DNA of 64,000 nt from an uncultured Bacteroidaceae bacterium (GTDB lineage: Bacteria > Bacteroidota > Bacteroidia > Bacteroidales > SM23-62): assembly GCA_963777115.1 (NCBI GenBank), contig CAVZPP010000004.1, forward strand, positions 8,635-72,634. The letters are read 5' to 3'. The position numbers were made by a program, and so were the translations under genes. The notes below the pieces were generated by a model. It searched no databases. It was not told the DNA's origin and saw only the letters and a program-made list of their open reading frames with translations. Shown here one piece after another: positions 54,744 through 64,000 of this stretch. How positions within the stretch are numbered: position 1 is the first letter of the stretch; each line of letters begins with the position of its first letter.

Positions 54744-55757
54744 TTATGATTTAGTTAAGTACCTTACTCCAATCTTAAATGCATTCTGAGGGTTGATTAC
54801 AAGGATTTGATTTATCTCTTCCTCTGAAAATCCATTCTCTTTCAGTGCTGGTACCAGGGAAGTGAGCACAGCATCGTATTCCTTAAGGTTCCGGTCCCGG
54901 TTGTAGGAATTTCCGTCATGTGAGAGCAGCACCCTGTCCAGGAGCCCCTTTTCCCTTAATAATGTAAGTTTTGAAACATACTCTTCCGCCTCGGGTGCCT
55001 TGAACTTATCCAGGGATAACCAGATACCTTTGGTTGCAGCTTCTGTCAGAAAATCAAGATCCTCCACCTTGCTGGCATGCACCCAGACACAGACTGATGG
55101 GTCCACCTCATACTTGTCAAGCAACTGAAGCATTTTTGCAGCGGCTTCCAGGTTATTCTCGGTGTGCACGGCCATGGACAATCCGGTACTTAAATGGGTA
55201 AGAATCCCGGCAGTGAACAACTTTGTGTCAATTTCCGAAGCTCCCTTGTCAAAAGCCAGCTTAATAAAACCGGGTTTTATACCCGTATCATCAATTCCGT
55301 TTTCAAACTCATCAATCCAGATCTGGGCAATTTCTTCAATGCTTGACTCATAGGCGGATTGTGGTACATACCTGTCATTAGCCGCTGCATAATACCCGGT
55401 ATTGGTTATAATCTGAACCCCCGAAGATTCAGAAATCTCCTTTAACAGCCCCACATTTCTTCCAAAATAGGCAGTAGTACAATCAAAAATTGTATTTACT
55501 CCCAGTGCTTTAACCTTCTTGAGGTATGGAACAACCTGCATTAGAAGAGAATCTCTGTCATATTCACCAATATAGCCAGGATCTAAACCGAATCTTGACA
55601 TTATATGCTCATGGGTGAGAGCAATCCCCAGATCCTCAATTCCAATTTTTCCGTGAACAGAATAGATATAAGCCTCCTTATCGGTTGAGCTGTTTTGTGA
55701 TGAATTACAGGAAACCAGTATCAAAATGGATAATCCTGCCAGTATTATTTTTCGCAT
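54744..55757 (-). CDS. Phosphotriesterase-family (PTE/PHP amidohydrolase-fold) protein, lipoprotein
   Basis: ORF 54744..55757, 337 aa, intact. Lipobox ILVSC. GIALTHEHI (HxH metal site). TIFDCTT, AVHTEN, VWVHAS and LLSHD follow the PTE-family metal-ligand spacing. Confidence 0.75.
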   Translation of the reverse strand: MRKIILAGLSILILVSCNSSQNSSTDKEAYIYSVHGKIGIEDLGIALTHEHIMSRFGLDPGYIGEYDRDSLLMQVVPYLKKVKALGVNTIFDCTTAYFGRNVGLLKEISESSGVQIITNTGYYAAANDRYVPQSAYESSIEEIAQIWIDEFENGIDDTGIKPGFIKLAFDKGASEIDTKLFTAGILTHLSTGLSMAVHTENNLEAAAKMLQLLDKYEVDPSVCVWVHASKVEDLDFLTEAATKGIWLSLDKFKAPEAEEYVSKLTLLREKGLLDRVLLSHDGNSYNRDRNLKEYDAVLTSLVPALKENGFSEEEINQILVINPQNAFKIGVRYLTKS

Positions 55758-55868
55758 AATTATATGGTATAAATATTAGTATCTCTTTTAACTATTCCGA
55801 GAGTAAACATATTAACATTTATCCTGAATACAAAGAAGAACTCAACAGCTAAAATCCGGTGGTTCAGG

Positions 55869-58107
55869 TTACCTCTGCTTCCTGGTAAACCGGTACTCAA
55901 CACCCAGGTTGAATTCTCTGCCCGGATCTGGGATAACCAACTACCGTTGAGTAACGCACATCGGACAAATTCTTTACCGAGCAATAGATCCTCCAGTTGT
56001 CTTCTTCGCCAATGGAATACCCCAGGTTCATATCAAACCTGAAATATCCCCCCAGGGGAACCGGTCCCACCGATTTGTCGGCAAACCTGGTGCTGGAATA
56101 CCCGGAGGAATAATTTCCATAAAGATTCAGATCAATATCAAAGAGCCTCACGTTAAGACCTGTGTTGGCAATCAATTCGGGCAGTTCAATATTTTTCACG
56201 GTTTCACTTCCCTCCGTGACCATCGATTTCATTCCGGTGAGGTTGAAGAAAACGCGGGTTGTTCTTTTAAAAACCGGCGGACTGTTGGCTTCAAGTTCAA
56301 TTCCATATTGAAACTGGTCCTGGTTCTCATATAACTCAACAAACTGTCCCTGCTCCAGTTCAAGGATCTCCCCGCTGTATATAATGGCATTTTTCTGATT
56401 GACATAAAAGCCTGTAATTGAGAATCCCGAAAGGTCGGTACGTGCAATTTTATAACCCAGATCAAGCATGGTGCGGTACTCGTTTTCGGGCCTGTTTGCG
56501 GCTTCATCAAGGGCACCCTCTCTTGGTTTAACCGAACCGGAAACAATGTTAAAACTCACCCTTGATTGTGCGTTAATGTCGTAAACGCCCCCCCCGGTCA
56601 TTTGCAGTGTGAAGGGCTGCCACTCATCTTTTATGGGTTCCACCTGTGTAAAGGCCGATCCGGATCCATCGATGTTAAATGCGCCAAATTCGAAAATGTA
56701 GGTTTTTACCAATCGTACACCTACGTTAATATTGATTTTTCCCAGAATGTGCTCATCAGAGATCACTCCCGAAATTGTCTGGAGTTCGGATTTGCGCCCC
56801 ACATAGAACCTCTTTCCATTGGGTGCGTTCCAGTAGTTATATAAACCGCCGAAGCGAAGGATATTGGATTCTCCAAGAAACAGGGATTCAATTACGTTAA
56901 CCCCGATTTCCGAATCATACTCAGACACGGTTATACCGGTTACCTCATTGACGAACCGGGGCCTCCTGTTGGTATAATATGAGTTGATCTCCAGCGTGCC
57001 CCTTTCATTTTGCTTTACCTGGGTTTTCAGGCTTACCGAGCTTGAGATAAACGGGTCATAACTTTCGAGCCTTCCTATAAGATTGGCGCTGGCAGGATAT
57101 TGTGCCTGCATAAACTGCCGCATCCCGTTCAAATGGAAAATATTTGCTGTGACCGAAACTTTGTCGGATGGCTTCCATTCTAAAGATCCGTATAAATTGA
57201 TCATCTTTTCCCCTGCGTGTCGTCCGCCGGGGCCATCTGTTTTGTCATAACCCATATTCAGGGAGTAGTTTAAGGATTCCTGTCCTCCGCTGTGGGATAA
57301 ATAAGTATGCAGCGAGTTGAAGGAGCCATACTCCAGTTCTGCAGTGGTTACAGGTTTGGTATATTTTTTTGTTACAATATTGACAATTCCCGACATTCCC
57401 GATAATCCGTTTAACAGGGCAGCACTTGAACGGATAATCTCAATTTTCTCTACGTTACCTGTGGAAAAGAAGTAGGGGGTTTCATGGAATTCTCTTTGCC
57501 ATACACCGTTGATGGAATATTCGGGGTATGGATATTTTTGCCCTCTTACTGAGAAAAACTGCTTTACTTTTCTTCCGCGTGTTTCTATAAAGGCACCTGG
57601 TGAATATGCGATGGCCTCAATAACTGTTTTCGCTGCCGTCTGCCTGATATGTTCAGAGGTTATGGTTGTTGTGGAAAGATTAAGGGATAATGGTTCCACC
57701 ATTGGTGTATTCAGGACCTCCATCTCCCTTCGGTTTTTTATGATTTCCACCTGCTCTATTTCTTTGGGATCCTCAACTAGTTTTAATTCAATCGGAATTG
57801 AGCTGTCATATGTTGCTGCAATATCTTTATTCAATGCCTTAAAGCCTATGCAGGAGGCTGTTATCCGGAAAGCCTCATTTAATGGTACGCTTATCTCAAA
57901 AGCTCCTTCAGGATCCGATGTGGTATAAATACCTGTTCCTTCAATGAAGATTGTAACATCGGCAACCGGGCTGTTTGTATTTGCACTCACAACCCTTCCC
58001 TTCATTTCCCGGGACAGGTCCTGTGCATTCAAAATAGGTGCCGCATAACTTATAATAAGGAAGGCCACTGCCAATAGTAGATGAGTAAACTTTCTGTTCA
58101 TATTCAC
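55869..58107 (-). pseudogene. TonB-dependent receptor (non-SusC type) with CarboxypepD_reg N-domain; one frameshift 20 codons from the end as read
   Basis: ORF 55897..58107 (736 aa). Deleting one base in GGG 55930-2 changes the tail from GYPRSGQRIQPGC-stop to GYPDPGREFNLGVEYRFTRKQR-stop (the canonical barrel terminus). Confidence 0.85.
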
Positions 58108-58269
58108 AAATTTGACTTTACAAAGCTAAATAATCCTGTATATATACTAATTCTATTTGGTTAAAAGAGGCCGTAAACTACTTGTGAACCACGGTTTGAA
58201 TATATATATTTGGCCTTACTTTTACGGTTCTGGAATTTCCAGAATTTTATTAATTGTAACCCATCTATT

Positions 58270-61200
58270 ATGAAACTTTATCTCAGCATTATTCTGTGCC
58301 TGTTTGCTTTTCAGGCCGAAGCACAAATTCACGACTGGCCAATGTGGAGGTATGACCATGGGCGATCAGCCTCAACTCCTGAACAACTGGCAGACAATTT
58401 ATATCTTCAGTGGCAGGTAAAGTATTCTCCAAGGAATCCGGTATGGGATGATCCTTTAAACCAGAACCTGATGCAGTTCGACAGGGTGTTTGAACCTATA
58501 GTTGCTGACAATAAGATATTTCTGGGATTTAACGATCAGGATAAGGTGATTGCACTGGATATTAATTCAGGAGAAGAATTATGGCATTATTATGCCGATG
58601 GACCTGTAAGATTGCCATTGGCTGCAAATAATGGCAATATTATATTTTACCAGTGATGATGGAAATTGTTATTGCCTGAATGCAGATAACGGATCGCTGG
58701 TCTGGAAATTATCACTTGCGCCGGCACCAAATAAACTACTGGGAAATAAACGCTTGATATCCATGTGGCCCGCCCGGGGGGGGATTGTAATTAAAGATAA
58801 TATAATCTATACTGCAGCCAGCATTTTTCCGATGATGGGAACCTTTATTTATGCCATAAATGCAGAAACCGGAGAGATTGTATGGAAAAATGAAGGTACC
58901 GGAAGCAATTATATACTTCAGCCACACCGGTCCCCGGCATTTGCAGATGTGGCTCCGCAGGGAACTTTTACAATCAGTGGAGACAGGTTACTTGTTGCCG
59001 GAGGGCGTTCAGTTCCGGCAGCATTTGATCTGAAGACAGGGGAAGAGCTTTATTATCACCTTGCTGCAAGCGGGAAAACAGGAGGAGCATTCACATGCGG
59101 GAATGACAAGGTATTTTTCAATCATCACAGGGAGCGAATGACCAGTATGTATGATTCGAAAACCGGCGATCCCCTGATAAGGAATGCAGGAGAATATCCT
59201 GTGGTTGACGGGAATACTATATATTTTTCAGGAGAACAAAATAGTAGCATCAGAATTGAATGATACGATCGGACTTAAGGCTTATGGGAATCTGATGTTT
59301 CAGCAACCAATGACCTGATAAAGGCTGGTGATTGCCTTTATGCGGCAGACAGCAATGGTATTACTGCAATAAAAATTGTAGATAATAAACCGCAGAAACT
59401 ATGGACCTACCCCACTGAAAAATCCATTGAAAGGCTGGTGGCCTCCAATGGAAAGCTTATCGCTGTTTCGGATGATGGGGAAATTATTGGTATTCGGCGA
59501 TACTCCCGTTTCAAATATTGCCATTTTAGAACAACCCGAATCCAGGATGGCTGGCCGATCATTTACAGGAAGAAGAATTATCAGAAAAACAGGGATTAAC
59601 AGTGGCTATGGAGTTGTCATTGGCACTGAGAATATTCGCCTGCTGAAAAACCTGGTTTCAAAAACATCCTTTCATTGATTGCATTCGACAGGGATCCCGA
59701 AAGAATATCATACCTCAGGGAATATTTTGATGAACTTGGAGTAAAAGCAGACCGATTAAGTTTCCAGAATTTTGATGAAACGGTTTCCTTCCTGCCAAAA
59801 TATTTTTCATCTCTTACGATTGTATCCGATCCTGCATATCTAAAGGATAATGACAAAGATATTCTGAATGCAATTTTTGAATCTACCCGGCCCTACGATG
59901 GAAAGATATGGATTAAAGCCAAGGGGCAAGGCACAGAAGGTCATTGATGGCAACAGTCGACTGAGTCTTGAACTGTATGGAGCCAGCTCAACAACAGGAT
60001 TGAGTCATGTTTTAATTTCAAGAACAGGTGCTCTGAAGGAGCAGCGGACTGGACCCATAATTATGGGGATATCTCCAATACAATAAAATCTGATGATGAG
60101 ATTGTTAAAGGCTCCGCTTGGGATTTTATGGTTCGGAGGCAATTCAAATATGGATGTACTGCCACGGCATGGCCACGGACCCTCGGAACAGGTCATTGAT
60201 GGCAGGCTTATTATTCAGGGAATTAACAGTATAAGTGCACGTGATGTTTATACCGGCAGATTGATCTGGAAAAAGGAGTTTGAGAATATTGATAGAAGAT
60301 ACCTGGATGGTCTACTATGATGAGACCTATGATGAAGAAAATCCCCTTGACCCGAAATACAATCAGGTCCATTTACCCGGGGCAAATGCCAGGGGAACAA
60401 ATTTTATTGCCACCAGAGAATATGTATATGCAATCGAAGGCACCAATTGCCATTTGCTTGATATAAAAACAGGAGAACTGGTAAAATCAATTTCAACAGG
60501 CGATGCAGAATACCGAGGAGCTTGGATATATAGGGGTTTATGAAGATTTGCTGATCCTTGGGAATAATTTCAGCCGAGTATCCGGAAATGCCGATTGAGG
60601 AGAACTGGAACCTGCAGAAGGCGAAATTCGACGAATTTCGACCTTACAGCCAGCAAGGAACTTATCATTATGGATAGATTCAGTGGTAAGAAATTATGGA
60701 GTATTTCAGCCAATCACGGATTTCATTCATAACTCAGTTATTGCAGGCGATGGAATGCTTGTTCTGCCTCGATAAGTTGCCACAGAATCTCGAAACAAAA
60801 CTTAAAAGAAGGGGATGGAGACAGCCTCGGATCAAGAATGCTCTATCTTGATATTAAAACAGGAGAGAAACTGTCTGAGGATACAGACCAATATTTTCGG
60901 ATCATGGCTTGGTTATTCCTCAGAACATAAGTTGCTTCTGCAGGCAAACCGACCATCAAGGGATATGCTTACCGGTGAAGAGGGAAAAAGAATGATCGTA
61001 TATAATATCCAATTCAAAAGAGATCCTCTGGGATAAAGCAGTGTATTATTCAAATCCCCCGATCATTTCCGGGGATAAGATCTATACCAACGGAGAGGGA
61101 TTTTCCCTGCTTACCGGAGATCCTCTGTATGAAAAGGATGTGATTACAGGAGAGGAGATAAAATGGAATTTCAAGCGGGAATATGGTTGTGGATATGTGG

Positions 61201-61974
61201 TTGCAAGCGAACACCTGCTGACTTTCCGTTCGGCCTCCGCCGGGTTTATCAACCTCGATGTATTTGAGGGAACAGGAAGTCTCGGAGGTTTTAAAGCAGG
61301 TTGTTCGGCCAATCTGATTGTCGCAAATGGCGTACTTAATTCGCCGGATTATACCCGCACATGCCAGTGTCCCTATCAGAATCAAACATCCCTTGCACTG
61401 ATCAATATGCCCTGGATGACATACTGGACCAATAGCAATTACATTATGGAACGGAAAGCAGATTAAACAATTGGGACTGAACCTGAATGCCCCTGGTGAC
61501 AGGACTTCTGATCGAAAATACACTCTGGTTGGAGTTTCCATATGTTGCCGGAGCATCCCCTGAAATTCCTGTGAAGATGGATACTGTTGATTATCAGGAA
61601 ATCAGGAAAGATCCCATCTCCATCACTTCGGAGAAAACTCCATGGATCAGTGCAAGCTCCATTGGAGGAATACGATCAATGGAGATTACCCTATCAAAAG
61701 AACCCGTGGCTGGAGAGGCATCATACAGCGTTAATCTCTATTTTTCTGAACCGGAGAAGAAGCCAAAGGGGAGAGGGTTTTTGATGTAACCATTCAGGGC
61801 AAGAAAGTATTGGAGAACTTGGACATTATCGGCGAAACCGGAAAAGAAGATAAGGAGATGGTGAAATCATTTTCAGGAATTCTGGCCGGAAAAACCTTAA
61901 CAATTGAAATGAATCCAAAGCAGGGAAATACCATCCTGTCGGGGATCGAGCTTGTACAGGAAAGCATGCCGTAA
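58270..61974 (+). pseudogene. Very large secreted PQQ-like (BamB-like) beta-propeller repeat protein with central Rossmann/methyltransferase-like segment and C-terminal malectin-like domain; at least 12 frameshifts as read
   Basis: Fragments 58210..58656 (start likely MKLYLSIILCLFAFQAEA at 58270; WPMWRYDHGRSAST), 58631..59263, 59427..59678, 59675..59947 (IAFDRDPERISYLREYFDELGV..), 59868..60086, 60093..60320, 60280..60543, 60815..61036, 61041..61466 and 61487..61789. The tail ERVFDVTIQGKKVLENLDIIGETG..LSGIELVQESMP stops at 61972-4. Confidence 0.65.
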
Positions 61975-61993
61975 ACTCAAATGGCAGTACAAG

Positions 61994-62786
61994 ATGAAAA
62001 GGAGATTTCTTAACAATAATTCTTCTTGGCCGGAATAATCAGCCTGGCATGTACCACCCGGGTGTCTGAATGGATATTGTTGAATGCATTGCCAAATCAG
62101 TATACACTGGTATATTTTCATAACGAGCCCGTTTCCGAATCTGTGAAAAAAGCAAAACCAGGCAGTAGCGGAAAGAATCAGATGACTGCCAATATTCAGT
62201 TTAAAACGGTAAACAGGGAGGAAATCAACGAGCCATATTACGGACTCTATTATGAAGGCCGGCTCTTCTCAAAGTATAAAACTGCTGATGAGCTGAAAGG
62301 TTTAACCAGCTCTCCTTTGCGTGAGAAAGATAGCTTCCGAACTGATGGCAGGGAAGCTATGTGTAATGCTTTATCTGAAAACAGATAATAAGGAAAAGGA
62401 TGAGAAAGGACTGAAGACATTGCAAAGTGCTATCGGATCTTCTCCATTCGGCAAAATCATCACGGTGGTTGAATTGAGCAGGAACAGCAGGGAGGAGCAT
62501 CATTTCGCTTCCCTGTTACTGAATGTTGAAGATGACCTAAAAGATATTCCGGAGCCCATGTTGTTTGGCATTTTTGGCAAGCTTTAAAGCCCTGGAACCA
62601 CTCCTGGGAAAAGGTATCTCGGAAGAAAACATCAATCTGATGATCGATTATTTTACAGCAGAGTGCAGTTGCCTGATTAAAGATGATCTTCCCGGGACAG
62701 ATATTCTTTTTACGGATAAATGGGAGAATCCTCAGACAGCACTTCTGAATAAAATTATTGACGATAATCCCATGCTTGGCTATTAA
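61994..62786 (+). pseudogene. Hypothetical secreted/lipoprotein-like protein (~260 codons); about 3 frameshifts as read
   Basis: ATG at 61994 (MKRRFL..), then ORFs 62026..62388, 62321..62587 and 62565..62786 joined across frames (..SSPLREKIASELMAGKLCVMLYLK.. and ..LFGIFGKL/FKALEPLLGKG..). No family recognised. Confidence 0.4.
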
Positions 62787-62972
62787 ATGCAGACCGATAC
62801 CCTGTCATATGACACCCTTGACAGCCGGCCATTGCCGAAATGGCTCATCGATCAGAAAACTGGTGTGAATACCATTCAGCCCGAGGAAATTGTCATGAAG
62901 GAGGATAATTCATTGAAAATCTCTTTTATTGTAACAGCTCGTTTTCATAATACTGGTTGTAGCTATTATTAA
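62787..62972 (+). CDS. Small hypothetical protein (61 aa as read; alternative frame at the 3' end gives a hydrophobic tail)
   Basis: ORF 62787..62972 starts at the base after the upstream stop. The neighbouring frame reads LVFIILVVAIINSLFKQET near the end. Confidence 0.3.
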   Translation: MQTDTLSYDTLDSRPLPKWLIDQKTGVNTIQPEEIVMKEDNSLKISFIVTARFHNTGCSYY

Positions 62973-63009
62973 CTCTTTATTTAAACAGGAAACATAAGAA
63001 TCAGGCATC

Positions 63010-64000
63010 ATGAGTCCGCTGAGATTGGTTATTAAAGAACTTCTTTACAGGAAGATCAGTTCCCTGGTTATCCTTTTTACAGTTGTTGTTGCAAGTTCGG
63101 TTTCTGTTGCGATCTATACATTAAGCAAAGCCAGTGAAAATGAGACAAGGAAGATCATGCGTGAGCAGGGACTGAACCTTTACATTTTTCCCAAAGGCAC
63201 AAATCTGATAGATTTTTATTCAATTAATAATACTGAAACCTTTCCGGATGATTACGTGGATGTTCTTGCTGATTCAAAAACATTCGATGCCGTCAGACAC
63301 CTGACAGGTATTTTGCAGGTAAAATATCCCGAGTGGAAAGATGCCAACGGATCTGTGCACCAGATCGTATTATTCGGTTACAAGGATGAAGCTGAACAGA
63401 TATACCTTTCTCAGCAGGAAACCATGGGATTTGATGTGAAAAAAGGAACTGTTCAGCTGGGTGCACTGGTAGCAAAGAATGTAGAACCTGGTGAACCTTT
63501 TGTCATTGAGGGTACAGATGGCAAACATATAGTTTTAAGGTGGATAAAAGACTGGAAGAGGGCAAAGGAATGATGGACCAGGGAGTATCTTTCCATCTGG
63601 AAGACCTGCAGGAGCTTCTGGGAATGGAAGGTAAAATAAATAAGATAGAGGCACTGGGCTGCGTTTGCCATGATGGAAGGATCAAAAATGCCAGAAGCCA
63701 GGTTCAGGCCATATTTTCCGATCTTGAGGTAACTGAAATAAGCAGTATTGCCGATGCCCGTGAGAATCAGCGTTTAATGATGAATAAGTATGGCGCATTT
63801 ATCATCCCCTTTGTTGTTATATCGGCTCTGCTGATTACCGGACTTTTGTTTCATCAGAATGTGAATGCAAGAAATCGTGAAATAGGCCTGTTAATAGCCA
63901 TGGGCAGGAGTTCCGCACCATTCTGTTCATGATTCTTGTCAAAGCATTTATACTGGGATTGACAGGAGGAATTATTGGTTTTTTTATGGGCAGCTGGATT
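63010..64000 (+). pseudogene. FtsX/MacB-type ABC transporter permease, 3' end beyond window; at least 2 frameshifts as read
   Basis: ORFs 63010..63573 (MSPLRLVIKELLYRKISSLVILFTVVVASSV, then a large periplasmic loop) and 63540..63932 (..IIPFVVISALLITGLLFHQNVNARNREIGLLIAMG). Then FMILVKAFILGLTGGIIGFFMGSWI in a third frame. Confidence 0.7.

Noticed and set aside
58108-58269. Riboswitch (for example cobalamin) in the leader of the TonB-dependent receptor.
   Set aside because: The leader is short and AT-rich and has no conserved riboswitch core sequences that I can recognise.
7702-64000. Programmed ribosomal frameshifting or transcriptional slippage as the cause of the many frame changes.
   Set aside because: The sites share no slippery heptamer or downstream structure and occur in both +1 and -1 senses. 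They hit about 30 unrelated genes, several times per gene. Technical indels or decay are far simpler explanations.

Overview
Chromosomal window typical of Bacteroidota (SusC/SusD pair, SprB repeats, TAT-exported Gfo/Idh/MocA enzymes, an AraC regulator typical of the phylum). It holds about 50 genes. I saw no rRNA, tRNA or CRISPR array by eye.

Gene content, left to right:
- a CheB/CheR-PAS signalling gene split by one in-frame TAA
- a hicAB-like toxin-antitoxin module whose toxin gene is cut by a ~1.6 kb DDE insertion sequence with a 9-bp target duplication
- a DUF4139 protein
- a ~10-haem c-type cytochrome fused to SprB-type surface repeats, followed by a small beta-barrel OMP gene
- lgt, then an AAA/DUF4143 ATPase
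- a TAT-exported Gfo/Idh/MocA oxidoreductase paired with a BNR sialidase-fold protein
- a GH130-like / GT4 / GT4-fusion glycan island with a sugar transferase, a cupin and an AraC regulator
- a cytochrome c / FG-GAP / unknown operon
- a ~25 kb single-strand polysaccharide-utilisation-type array: TonB receptor, phosphotriesterase-family hydrolase, two propeller+GH2 pairs, SusC/SusD, two further TAT-exported Gfo/Idh/MocA oxidoreductases, two xylose-isomerase-like TIM-barrel proteins, DUF6807 and GH28
- a ~1230-codon PQQ-propeller/malectin protein and an FtsX-type permease locus

Dominant technical feature: roughly 80 reading-frame breaks (my by-eye estimate) hit about 30 genes, including the normally essential lgt. 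All 13 junctions I resolved by hand are single-base length changes in mononucleotide runs: 10 are repaired by deleting a base and 3 by adding one. I therefore label these genes pseudogene 'as read', but I suspect most are sequencing or assembly indels. For disrupted genes, the ends and break positions were worked out by hand and may be off by a few bases.

I found no unambiguous brand-new system. The best follow-up candidates are:
- the surface-repeat/decahaem cytochrome plus OMP pair
- the TAT-exported oxidoreductase/TIM-barrel/DUF6807 block inside the PUL
- the giant PQQ/malectin protein locus
- a strand-asymmetric long hairpin next to hicB
- a 23-nt tandem-half-site motif present three times
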